DNA of 64,000 nt from Squalus acanthias (taxonomy: Eukaryota), in assembly GCA_030390025.1 (NCBI GenBank), contig CM059431.1, positions 107,634,001 through 107,698,000 of the forward strand. Direction: 5' to 3'. Below the pieces are notes generated by a model. That model was not told the DNA's origin. It worked only from the letters and a program-made list of their open reading frames with translations, and made no database searches. Positions 25,451 to 37,175 of the stretch are shown piece by piece (position 1 is the first letter of the stretch; each line of letters starts with the position of its first letter). A program made the translations under genes and the position numbers.

Positions 25451-26216
25451 GGCCCTGAAATTCGCCTCTCCGGCTTGCCGCGGGGGTAAGGATCGCGCGC
25501 GCACTTACCTACCGCGCCTGCCGTTGACCTCTGGGCCCACGGGAACTTCAGCTCCTGGGCCTGCTCCAAGTGCCGGCGCGCAGTGCTTGCGTGTCCCAGG
25601 GGCGTAGTTAGTGCGATGCGTCCCCTGGGATCACGTGGGCCATGGAGAGCCAATGGCAGCAGACCATCTTTCATTCATAGATTTGACAGGAAGACCTGTC
25701 AAATCTATGAATTGAAATCGGCCCCAAAAGAACAGCTAAACTTAAAATAAATTTTTAAAAAACCATCACATTTATAAAATAACTATAAGCTAAATAAATT
25801 AACTACTTTAAACAAAAATTTAAATTTTTGAAAAAATTAAAATACTTTTTAATGGTGCTAAAAATAAACTTACCTTTCTTTAAAGTATCTAAAAAAGATA
25901 AACCTGTTGAAAATTTTTTTAAATTATAATTAATTAACCACTTACCTTGTTGAAAACGGGTCCTGCGCCTCCTTTTTAAAAGCGTAGGTTCTTCAATACT
26001 TACCCTCCCGGAGAAACCTGAAAAAAAAACCTAAGTTTGCTGCATGCGCAGAGCCTCTACCGCGCACACGGTTCACCTCTGAACCGCCCCCTTCACCAGA
26101 CCGGAAGTTCCAGTTTCCCGCGCATGCGCAGTGCATGCAGGAAACCGGCACTTCGGGAGGCCTTACGGGTGAGTAGACAGTGCGTACTCACCCGGGAAGG
26201 GCCAAATTTTTGGCCC
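25451..26216. mobile_element. Harbinger-like MITE (1630-2387 group)
   Basis: Ends GGCCCTGAAATT / AATTTTTGGCCC with TSD AAT/AAT; shares CCCTGGGATCACGTGGGCCATGG and the AT-rich core with 1630-2387. Confidence 0.75.
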
Positions 26217-26592
26217 AATGTGAATAAAATAAGTGAATAATATTGGTGCTACTTATTAAATATGATTTCATATTTATTTTAAGTAACCACCTCTTCATTT
26301 GACTGGTTACACATGTAGTAAATTTATTTCTAGAACACAATTTAATTTTACTACCTTATTATTCTATCTTATAGCTGAATATCATATCTATTATTTAACA
26401 TTTTGCATCGCCTAAATGGAAAACTTATTTTAAACACATTACAAATCATTATATATGGAGTGCTAATTGTGCCTAAAGTGAAATACCTACATAATTTATG
26501 TTTTGTTCAGATAATCTTTGTCATATTTTATTTTAAAATGCTACAACCTTTAAATGGAACACTTATATTGCACGCAGAGTTTATGGTTCAAA

Positions 26593-26880
26593 AACAACAA
26601 CAACAATTGCATTTACACAGCACATTAAATGTAGAAAAATTGTCCCAAGGCGCTTCACAGGAGCACAACCAGACAAAAATCGATATCGAGCCAAAGAAGG
26701 AGCTATTAGGACGTGTGACTAAAACTCTGATCAAACAGATAGGTTATAAGCTGCGTCTTAAAGGAGGATAGGGAGGTGGAGAGATGGAGGTGTTTAGGGA
26801 GGGAATTCCAGAGCTTAGGGCCTAGATGGCTGAAGGCACAGCCGCCAATGGTGGGGCGAAGGAAGTGGGGGATGCTCAAA
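26593..26880 (-). mobile_element. L2-type LINE 3' fragment
   Basis: rc encodes TIGGCAFSHLGPKLWNSLP...SSFKTQLITYLF; (TTG)n tail. Confidence 0.75.
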
Positions 26881-27390
26881 TGGCCAAAGTTTTCATTTGT
26901 TGTGCAGGCCTTTGATGTCTTCGGTTGTTTATTACACACCTGAGTGCTCTGCAGTATTCGAAGTCTCATATAGCCATTGCAGAATGAGTACTAATATGTG
27001 GATGTATATTTTAAATGCTTACTACGGCTATTTTACCTGGTACACTTGTACTTACAGGCAGACCAGGTTTCAGTCTAATATTTCACCTGACAGACAGCAG
27101 CTCCAAAAGCACAGCACTCCTTCAGTACTAGCACTGCATTGCCAGCCTAGAATATGTGCTCACTTCTCATTTCAAGTGGTGCTTGAACCGACAAGCTGCT
27201 GACTCAGAGGTAAGCGTGCTACCACTGAGCCACAGCTGAAACAAAGGCTCAGTCAGGAAAGGTGAACATGTTAGCAGGGAGATATCTCTTGCAGTCGACT
27301 TGTGGCAGGTACCTGTTATGCACAATGTTGTGTTGGTTTACCTTGGCAGATTCCCTCAAGTCTGACATCTTCCTTCACTGACATTTTGGT

Positions 27391-27855
27391 AGCAGGGATG
27401 CGGGACTTCAGTTAATGTGGAGAGATGGAGAGAAGCTGGGATTGTTTTCCTTAGAGCAGCGAAGGATATGGGGATATTTAATAGTTACGGGGAAATTTAA
27501 TAGAGGTGTTCAAAATTATGAGTGTTTTTGATAGAGTACATAGGGAGAAACTGTTTCCATTGGCAACAGGGTCGGTAACCAGAGGACACAGATTTAACGT
27601 AATTGGGAAAAGAACTAGAGGCGACTTACAAAGCGAGATGTTGTGATCTGGAAGACATTACCTGAAAGGGCGGTGGAAGCAGATTCAATAGTAACTTTTG
27701 AAAGGGAGTTGGATAAATACTTGAAGGGGAAACAAATTGCAGGGCTATGGGGAAAGAGCAGGGGGAAGTGGGACTAATTGGAGAGCTCTTTCAAAGAGCC
27801 GGCACAGGCACGATGGGCTGAATGGCCTCCTTCTGTGCTGTATGATTCTATGATC
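27391..27855 (+). mobile_element. CR1 LINE 3' fragment
   Basis: EKLGLFSLEQRR...LIEVFKIM...TRGHRF; 3' UTR GATGGGCTGAATGGCCTCC and TATGATTC tail. Confidence 0.8.
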
Positions 27856-27967
27856 TTCCTCCGGTAGTCGTTGATTGTCTGGCATGGACTCTTTAAACTC
27901 CTTGTCCCCTGCCTGTCCCATCAGTGGGATGTTCCTCCTTTTCTTCAAGTAAGTTCTACAAAGCCCT

Positions 27968-28442
27968 ACAACAACAACTTGTATTTATATCGCGCCTTTA
28001 ACGTAGTAAAACATTCCTCGGCGCTTCACAGGAGCGTTATCAAACAAAATTTGACACCGAGCAACATAAGGAGATATTAGAGTAGATGGCCAAAAGGTTG
28101 GTCAAAGAGGTAGGTTTTAAGGAGCATCTTAAAGGAGGAGAGAGAGGTAGAAAGGTTGAGGGGGGGGGGGAATTCCAGAGCTTAGGGCCTTGGCAGCTGA
28201 AGCCATGGCTGCCAATGGTGGAGCGATGAAAATCGGGGATGCTCAAGGGGCCAGAATAGGAGGAGCGCAGATATCTCGGGGGGGTTGTGGGGCTGGAGGA
28301 GATGACAGAGATAGGGAGGGGGCGAGGCCATGGAGGGATTTGAAAACAAGGATGACAATTTTAAAATCGAGGCGTTGCTTAACCGAGAGTCAAAGGAGGT
28401 CAGCGAGCACAGGGGTGCTGGGTGAACGGGACCTGGTGCGAG
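27968..28442 (-). mobile_element. L2-type LINE 3' fragment
   Basis: rc SIPDFHRSTIGSHGFSCQGPKLWNS; same tail as the other L2 pieces. Confidence 0.75.
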
Positions 28443-30058
28443 TTATCCATGTATCTGGCTTTCCTCTGCCTCGGTCACTGCATTCTTCAGCAAATTGTAT
28501 CAAAATATATAAAATGCAACTTACTGAAAAATATATCATTGAGTTCTTCGCTTCACATAATTCATTTGCTGTTAGGAATCCGGCACATTTGCTTTATTTA
28601 TCACAGTCATGAAGAAAACTGTCAAAGCTCACTTGTAACTGTCACTCATCTGATAAAAGGCACCTATTCAGTATCTTCTATTTATTATCATTGTTGTTGT
28701 TGTACCCATTAGATGCATGTGCTTATTGTTCCCTTTAAATCTGCCATATAATAAAAGAGTCCACAAAACTACTGTAGCAAGAGTGTAGTTTATAGTTTTA
28801 TTGAAAATTGTAACAACAATAAAGGTTTTTCTGTTTCCCTGTGGGAAACTATAGAAACGGATCCTGTTACTTTCACTTCACATTTGCTGCATTATCAGCT
28901 GAAGCTTGCATTTCAAGGAATAAAGGATTGGGAGAACTCAAGTTTGATTGCACACACGTAATCATAGCCACTTAAACACTCTAATCATTGCAGTTTTAAG
29001 GAATAGCTCACATTTGTTGTTATTTCACCAGCTTGTCCAATCTCACACACCAGGTTTGGTTTGCTAATCCTCTCCCATTGCTCATCGAATCAACCATAGA
29101 ACAATTCCAGTGATCCTTTCTATCAGGAAAAGGAGAGATTTACCAAGCTTTCAGCATGGTCCAGAACGTGGGATCGCATGAAATTGGGAAATGGTTCCCT
29201 TCGAATGCTGCTAAGGATCTCATTGCTAGGGCAAATGTTAGAACACAACAGAAATAGGGAGGGATTTTGTCAGCAAGAGAATAGGTGGAAGGGCAGAAGG
29301 GAGAGATTTGTTTAATGGTACAAGATTTCAGGGTGACATCTGTTAGGCTGGCAGGAGAGGTGAGATACTGATAAGGGTGGATTTCAAAAGTGTCAAGGAG
29401 TGGGAAATATCGGACACAGAAGCTGAGATTTTCCAATGGGTGTTATTAAGAAACTGCAATAATCCCATTGAAATGGATGGATTAACACTGGTCAATAAAT
29501 CTAGGCCAAAGAATGTGAAGGGATTTCAGTGATATAGCGTATATAGAAAGTTTTTGCAGAAAAGTAAACAGTTGGAAAATCATGGGATCTTGATATATCA
29601 GGAGTGGGATTAACTTAGAACTACAGCTCACATGGTATGCTCACTACACAATCTTCTTAATGTTCACCATGGTACTGTTTGTTATCATTGCTTTAGCAAT
29701 AAAAACACAACACTACTTATGAAATTCAAGAAATACCAGTAACGTCCCTAAAATTGACCTAGAAAGCACATTCACAAAGGCAGCTTTTACATTTTTAGGT
29801 CTTTACTAACTTTCTTAAACTAAATTATTTCAACTGCTGTATCTTAGATCACGCTCACTCTGAGTCCCAGCTCCCTGTACTTTTAAGATTGTCCATCCTT
29901 GACCTGAGATCTAGGTCAACTTTCGGTGATGAGTGCAGCTGAGTGGTAGAGTGAATCCTCACTCTGTCCCAGCAGACAGGCCCAGACCCGGTCTAAAGTT
30001 ACGGGATTGAGATTATTTGAGCATCGCTCCAGCTAAGGTACTTTAGCAGTGCCCACCA

Positions 30059-30140
30059 GAACCACCAGCCAGAGTGTCAGAGTGGCACCATGCCACCTGG
30101 AACCACTAGCCAGAGTGTCAGAGTTGCACCATGCCACTCT
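30059..30140. repeat. ~41-bp tandem duplication (2 copies)
   Basis: GAACCAC(C/T)AGCCAGAGTGTCAGAGT(G/T)GCACCATGCCAC occurs twice. Confidence 0.8.
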
Positions 30141-30479
30141 GACTAAGAAGAACAGTTCTGGGAAAAGTGAGTCTTGTCTTATTTTGGCTCCCAATTAAGC
30201 CAATGGCCATTTTTTCTCAGCTGGTGAGAGTTCCCTTGAGGCCTTAGAAGGACAGAATGGGCAGAATCCCCTGGGTAGCTTGGGAACTCCCCAAGATATG
30301 CCTTTTTGATATGGGGGTGAGCAGAAGATCTAATCACAACCACCCTCCACATCCCTCATCGGAAACTGGCAGAATATAAAAAATGGGGTAGAATTCAGCT
30401 TCTGCCCTATTTTCTGCTTTCCGCTCTGGAGATCCACCAGGTTTATGCCTTGGAAGTGAGCTGACTAAGAAGGGCCCTC

Positions 30480-30745
30480 CAGAGGTATATAAAATATTAA
30501 ACAGTTTAGAAAAGGTAAATCTGGAATGCTACTTTCAGTTAAACCATGACAGTAGAACAAGGAGGCACAGGATAAAAAAGGTGAAAGGTAAATTTAGGAC
30601 TGATTGTGCGACAAAAGAGTGGTCAACACATGGAATGGACCTCTGCGAGGGTGGTAGATGCAAAGACCTTGCAATCATTCAGAAATAGCTGGATGCTGTG
30701 ATGGGGAACTGGTGGAGATGAGCTGGGATGTGTCAAATGGCCTTC
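30480..30745 (+). mobile_element. Old CR1 3' fragment
   Basis: EVYKILNSLEKVN...SRTRRHR...RVVNTWNG-like translation. Confidence 0.5.
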
Positions 30746-33124
30746 CCATATATTATATGAGCATTTCTGCATTTATAATGGAAAGATTCTAAATCTTCGA
30801 GTTTCGTAGGCTCCAGGCCCAACTGTTTGGCCGTCCCTATTTTATAATGCCCAGGGTGACGGTTAAAATATGACATAGCTGATCATACTCAGAAGTCGAT
30901 GTGGACACTGAAGTGCACAGATGCCTCATAGGCACCAAACAAAGTTAACATAATGTGAAGCAACTGGAATAGGTGCAAAACCATGCTCGATCTTAACAAC
31001 CCACTGAAGGAGTATCAGAGTAGAATTCTGTCTTGAATGGTAGCTTTGAATGTTTTAAATTCCGCCTGATTTTCATTTCCACATGTAAAATGAGCTGTCG
31101 ATTCACTATCACCCGTTTCATCCTACAGGCCAGGATGAATTTCTAGCCCATTATCTCGGATGACCAGCGGGGACAGGTAAACGTAGGGTCTGATTAAACA
31201 TCTGGCGGGATTGTCGATCTCCTACATCTTTGAAAATTGACATGCCTCTCTTGGTACTCGTAGACTGAACACCTGCTCCTTTGGAGCTCAGGATGGGTAC
31301 AACTGCGGGGTGGGGGGGGGGGGGGGGCGGGGGGTTAATTTCCATGGGAGTTCTCCCAATCATTGGCTGTGACTTCGGTGGAAGAACCGTGGAAATGCCT
31401 TGAAGATAAGGCATACATTGTGTCGTTCCTCCAGGGATTCCACAGATATTGCACTGAGGTTACAATGGACGATTAAGAGAACCCTTGTGGAAATTGAACC
31501 CCTGTGTTTCATGTGAGGAATAAAGAAGTTAAAAAAAAAACGAGACATGTTATTAGAAATCGGGTAATGTCAATACAGTTGTACTTCTGTTTACAGGTCA
31601 ATATGAACTGGCATTTTCTCTCTGTTTATCATTGGTACTCAGGTCGAACATTTTTATATTGGTAAAAATAATAGTTCCCAGAAGGTCTGACCAGTGGAAA
31701 TGCAAGAACCAGTCACATGCTGTTTTGGAGTATCAGCCATAGGCAGAGAATGAATTTGCTGTTTCAGGTGCCATATGTAAGACTTTAGTTTATACCTTTT
31801 TTTATTTTACAGGGGGAAATTCTTTCAGAAAATGTTTTGCTCTGTAGATCCTGTTATTTCAATTTTGTAAGTTTGACTAAATATTAAAAGTTTGTTTGTG
31901 TAGTTTATTCTGTAAAATAAGGTAGAATGGTTTGCATCTTCAGTTTCCAAATCAAAAAAAAAGTTTAATATGTAGCACCCACACCTTAATGTTTCAAGTG
32001 AATGGATAATAGTTTCTCAACAACGTTTGTAGTTATTCCTCAGACTCAGAACAACTGAATCTAATTGTTGCAATACTACACTTGGATACACGCCACAAAA
32101 AAACTATTCCATAAAGTCCTCTAGAAAATGATTTCCTAGAAATTGGAGTTCCGCAGCCATGCAAGAGATTGGAACAGAAATCTATGTGCTTTGGGACAAT
32201 GACAACAGTGCTTTTGGAGAATTGGAAAAGTAACCATAATTTTGGAATCACTTTGAAGGATGGTCCATCAGTAAAACATTGGAAGATCAATGAAATAAGC
32301 TTAATTATCAATGCACTTTACCATTGCCGCACAGCATTGTCTGTTCCAGGAACGCAAAGATCTGTTAACTCTGCTAGATGCAACTCCGTCCTTTATTGAA
32401 AGAAAACAGTGGAAATTATATAACTTATTTTCAGAGTGTTTGTTTTAAGCTCATCAGCTTGAGGTTTTGTTAGTACTAAGGAATAGAATTCTTCTCACTT
32501 TCAGGACCCACTGTCAGAAGCAAGTAGTCCTAGATCAACTATAGCACTGTCAGATACAGAGCTTAGAATAGTTCCCTCTACTCTGTCCTCAGCAATGTCT
32601 CTCAGTCCCATCCTCAGGAGAGCATCCTCTACTGTACCAGTGAACATTTGTCCCCCATTTGAGATTGCTAATTAGTAGTACGTTAGGCAAGGTATTGTGC
32701 TGTAAGTCCATGCCCACTAGGGATTGGACTGAGACTGCTCAAACTCATCATATATGGCCCTTATAGCTACGATGGCAATCATCATTCTGGATTTGAACAC
32801 TGCTCCAAGAGAAACAAAGATAAAAGAATGACTTGCTCATTTGACAACCTCATGAACACCCAAAGCGCTTTAGAACCAATGAAGTACATTTAAAGTGTAG
32901 TCACTGTTGTAATGTAGGAAAAGCGACAGCCAATTGTGCACAGCAAGCTCCCACGAATAAAAATGTGATATTGACCAGATCATCTTCTTTTTATGATGTT
33001 GATTGGGGTATAAGTATTGGCCAGGATGAAAGCTCAGTGTCTAACCCAATGCATTAGTTCTCCAAATAATTCTGAACCAAAGAAATTGGATCACCATACC
33101 TTAAGTACCTGGAGAAATATGATA

Positions 33125-34490
33125 AAAAGAAAGACTTGCAATTATATGGCGGATTTCACGACCACCGGCGGTCTCAAAGGGGGAAAAATTCAGTTGGTTG
33201 CGCCTCCCGTTAGCGCCTTAAGAGGGCGCTAATGGGGCACAAAGCATCTAGCGCCCGGGCGTGGCGATGTTTGCGCCGCTCGCGAAATTAACTAGACATT
33301 TTGCGGCGGCGCTAAGCACTACCGCCACGATCTCCTGCGCCGGCAGATCGTGACGTCAGTCGAGTGCGCAACGCCCCGGTAGTGCCCCGGAGCGGATATT
33401 GAGTGGCGCCCCCTGCCTTACCACCTGCCGCTAGCAACGACAGGTTGAGGGGAGCATTTTGCAGTCAGGAAGGGACTGGGGGAAGCGCTATTTAAAGGCG
33501 ACTGCTTCCTGCCTTTTATTGTTGGTGACATTTTTGAACCACGCATTCTGAGAGAGAGAGAGAGAGACTTCTGGAGAGATTCAACGCTGTGTGAAGGAGT
33601 TTTGGGGACTGAGCAGCACTTTGCAGGTTCATTTTGATTTGCCCTTCCTTGTATCGATTTAGAAGAGACTGTGGGGGCTGCACTCTGAGCTCTTTCCCTG
33701 GTACTCTCCATTGTTCTTTCCAGCAGATTTGATGTGCAGGTCTCTCCAGGCCGAGATTCAAGGCTGCAATGAGCAGGAGGTGGATGGAAAGCAAGATCAA
33801 CCCTCCCCTTTAAGAACTGGCCGGCGCCATTGTGTCTGTGTTCCATTGCTGACTGACATCACATGAGCTTCGTCAGCGCTCTGAGGTAGCGCCTCATTTC
33901 TCGGCCTTTGCGCCTTAAGACAGGTGTGAAGCACCTGATTTAGCGCTCCAATCACCTCCAGGGGCGATAAAAGTCAAGTTTGAAGTCGGTGGTGATAATT
34001 AGCGCCAGGCGCTAATCTTTGCGCCCGACCAATAATTGCGCCCCAAATGGGGCGATACTGAATTTCTCCCCAAAGTGCTTTACAGCCAATGAAGTACTTT
34101 TGAAGTGGAGTCACTGCTGTAATGTAGGAAATGCAGCCACCAATTTGCACGCACAAAGGTCCCACAAACAGCAATATGAGAATAACCAGATAATCTGTTT
34201 TTGTTATGTTGGTTGAGGGAAAATTATTGGCCAGGACATTGGGGATAACTCCCCTGCTCTTCTTCGAAATAGTGCCATGGGATCTTTTACGCCCACCTGA
34301 GAGAGCAAACGGGGCCTCAGTTTAATATCTCATCCGAAAGACGGTACTTCTGACAGTGCAGCACTCCCTCGGTACTGCACTGAAGTGTCAACCTAGCTTT
34401 ATGTGCTCAAGTCCCTGGCGTGGGACTTGAACCCACAACCTTCATAGACTCAGAGGCGAGTGTGCTACCCACTGAGCCACAGCTGACACT
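33125..34490 (-). mobile_element. SINE, SacSINE1-like, interrupted by a Harbinger derivative
   Basis: Uninterrupted paralog at 49650-50120. Confidence 0.85.
33179..34071. mobile_element. Non-autonomous derivative of the Harbinger at 38933-43258, opposite orientation
   Basis: The first ~250 bp match the reverse complement of the 43258 end and the last ~345 bp match the reverse complement of 38933-39267; TSD AAA/AAA is confirmed by the empty site near 49700. Confidence 0.9.
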
Positions 34491-34524
34491 AATGATGCAG
34501 GGAAATCTACATTTTAAATACATT

Positions 34525-35815
34525 AGCCCAAAAATTGCTCTCAAAATAATGGTGAGGCTAATGGCACTCGCCATTATTTAAGTGCAAATGCCACAGCAAT
34601 TTCAAACGAGGGCAGATGTGAGGTTGCTGTCTGGGAAATGCCGCTCCGCTGTTAGCTTCGCGAAAAAAGCATCTCGCTGTCTGGCTCCCCATTGAAATGC
34701 ATTGAACGGTGTGACGTTGCTGTATTTGCGGGGTGGATAAGAACTAAACTCGGCACGGAAAGTTAAGTCAAGTCATTTCAAGTCTAAGTACCCTTTTAAA
34801 AATGTGATAAGTGTTAATTACTGAAAGCGAACCTCTCTGGCACCGAAAATTAACTATTACAAGAGTGAAGTCTCATTTCTTCAGGTTTTAGTTGTTGTTC
34901 AAGAGTTTTTTTTTAATTAACTTTTTTTAAACTTTTTCTTTGTACCTTTTTTCTCTCTCCCTTAATCCAATCTTTCTTTACCTCTCTTTATTTCTCTTTC
35001 TGTACCTGATTTGACATTGAATTCATCACTCTATTTAAGGAAGGATATACTTGCATTGGAGGCAGTTCAGAGAAGGTTCATGAGGTTGATTCCGGAGATG
35101 AAGGGGTTGTCTTATGAAGAAAGGTTGAGCTGGTTGGGCCTATACTCATTGGAGTTTAGAAGAATGAGAGGGGATCTTATTGAAACATATAAGATTCTGA
35201 AGGAGCTTGACAGGGTAGATGCAGAGAGGATGTTTCCCCTCGTGGGGGAATCTAGAACTAGGGGGCATAATTTCAGAATAAGGGGGCACCCATTTAAAAT
35301 GGAAATGAGGAAGAATTTCTTCTCTCAGAGGGTCGTGAATCTTTGGAATTCTCTTCCCCCGAGAGCTGTGGAGGCTCGGTCATTGAATATATTTAAGGTG
35401 GAGATAGACAGATTTTTGAAAGGTAAGGGAATCAAGGGTTATGGGGAACGGGCAGGGAAGTGGAGTTGAGGCCAAGTTCAGATCAGACATGATCTTATTG
35501 AATGGCGGAGCAGGCTCGAGGGGCCAAATGACCTACTCCTGCTCCTACGTCTTATGTTCTATGTTCTAATTTACACTTCCTGGTTCAGACTCTAAGCTGT
35601 TAGTTAATGATTCTTCAGTCTGATTGGTTAAGGAGATGCACAGTTGCTTACCCTCTTCACTCAAGTCCCAGAGGCCCTGTAGAGGGCGCCGCTTTGTTTC
35701 CATCGCCCACTGACAGCAACTTGCAGCACAAAATACCATGGAGATTAACCAGGCAAGGGCAAGTCTAACTAACAGTGGGCGCCATTCGTTGACCGGTTAC
35801 AGGAATTTTTGAGCC
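34525..35815. mobile_element. Harbinger-like MITE containing a CR1 insertion
   Basis: Ends AGCCCAAAAATTGC / GGAATTTTTGAGCC, flanks att/aat; paralog at 50155-51469. Confidence 0.6.
35025..35566 (+). mobile_element. CR1 LINE 3' fragment
   Basis: ORF 35011-35469 YLRKDILALEAVQRRF...GERAGKWS plus 3' UTR and tail. Confidence 0.9.
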
Positions 35816-36403
35816 AATGAGTATCGTATTCTTTAAAATAAATCATATATGTGTTGGAAGTCTTATGTTCCTTTATGGTCATCCCAATATCCCAATTGTT
35901 GAACTGTTATCATATCCCAAAGAGCTGCAGGTAAGTCTGTTTTGCTGAGCAGACTGCCAGATCATGGTGTAACAAGAGTGCTGGTTGGAAAGGCAAATTC
36001 TTTGTTAAATTGCAGTAAGTTCATGACATTCATCAAATGTCTGTGCAAAGAACCACAAATGTTTCAACTGCAACCAGCATTACTAATGATGGCCCATAAC
36101 TGAGAGTACAATTAGCTAGTCAGAAGCTGCACCTAGTGTTGTCATAAAATCTAATAACTGAAAGCACTAAAAACCAAGATATTAGCAAATATTATGGTGT
36201 CACTCAGTAAAGTGAAACAGCAGAACATCTGCTGCAAAGTTACTTTGTGGAATAATATTTCAATCAGGCACAAGGGCCAGAAAGACTGTAATAAGTTTAG
36301 TCAATCATCAATGCCAAAGGCTATTTCTTCAATAACTCTAAGCCACTTATGTATATGGTTATAATCTTATCTGGTTACAACTCATTTGTTCTATAGCTAG
36401 TAT

Positions 36404-37175
36404 GGGCTGGATTTTCAATGACCTGTGGAGTCGGGTTTGGAGGCGTGTGGGGGGTTAAAGTTGCGGGGTCGGGGGTCCTGACCCCATCCCGACTCCATCC
36501 CGCCTCCACGCAATTTTGACAAAATCGGTCACGGAGTTCCCGACTCCGTCCCGCCTCCAAGAGGCGGGAGAGGCCATTAAAGTCCTTAACAAGCCCTAAA
36601 TTGGCTCTGTAATGTCATTTTGAAACATTTTAGCTAGTTTAACCCTTTTCCGACGTGAAGTACGCCTGATGTGAAACACGCCAGTGAAACCTGGCGGGAG
36701 CACAAGTGGATAGCTGACTATCAGCTGCAGGTCCACTATTACAGCGGAGATGTGATGAAGGTAGTAGTAGTATTGTGATGGGTAGTAGTATTAGATCGGA
36801 AAGTCGCCTCTGATGCTGCTGCATTGTCTTCAGAGACTGCCGCCTTGCTGTGAGAGGCCCTGGATGGAACAAAATTCTTTTTGTTTTTCTCTCTCTCCCT
36901 CTCTCTCTCTCTCCTCCCCCAGCTCATTTTGCATCCAGGTCCCCTCACAGCAAATGCCAAACAATCTGTGATACCAGGCAGCCTGCAATGATGACATCAT
37001 CAGAGGCGACTTTCCCACTGAAACCACTAATTGGTTCATGGGTTCCCACATGCTGGAACTCAATTGCCCAATTAAGTGAAAATTGCATCATTCATCCACA
37101 TTAATCTGGAGTCGGGGGACAACACGAAATGCAGGGTAACACGACCCCAACCCGACCCAAGACAAAATCGAGCCC
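36404..37175. mobile_element. Harbinger-like MITE (GGGCTGGATTTT family)
   Basis: tat|GGGCTGGATTTT ... AAAATCGAGCCC; reverse-complement homolog of 12686-13336 and 44595-45355. Confidence 0.8.

Noticed and set aside
32030..32399. Short ORFs in unique-looking sequence
   Set aside because: Stops in all frames and no family similarity that I can recognise.
35860..35936. Possible host exon ending at CAG|GTAAGT (duplicated near 51584)
   Set aside because: Good donor, but no clear acceptor and no recognisable peptide.
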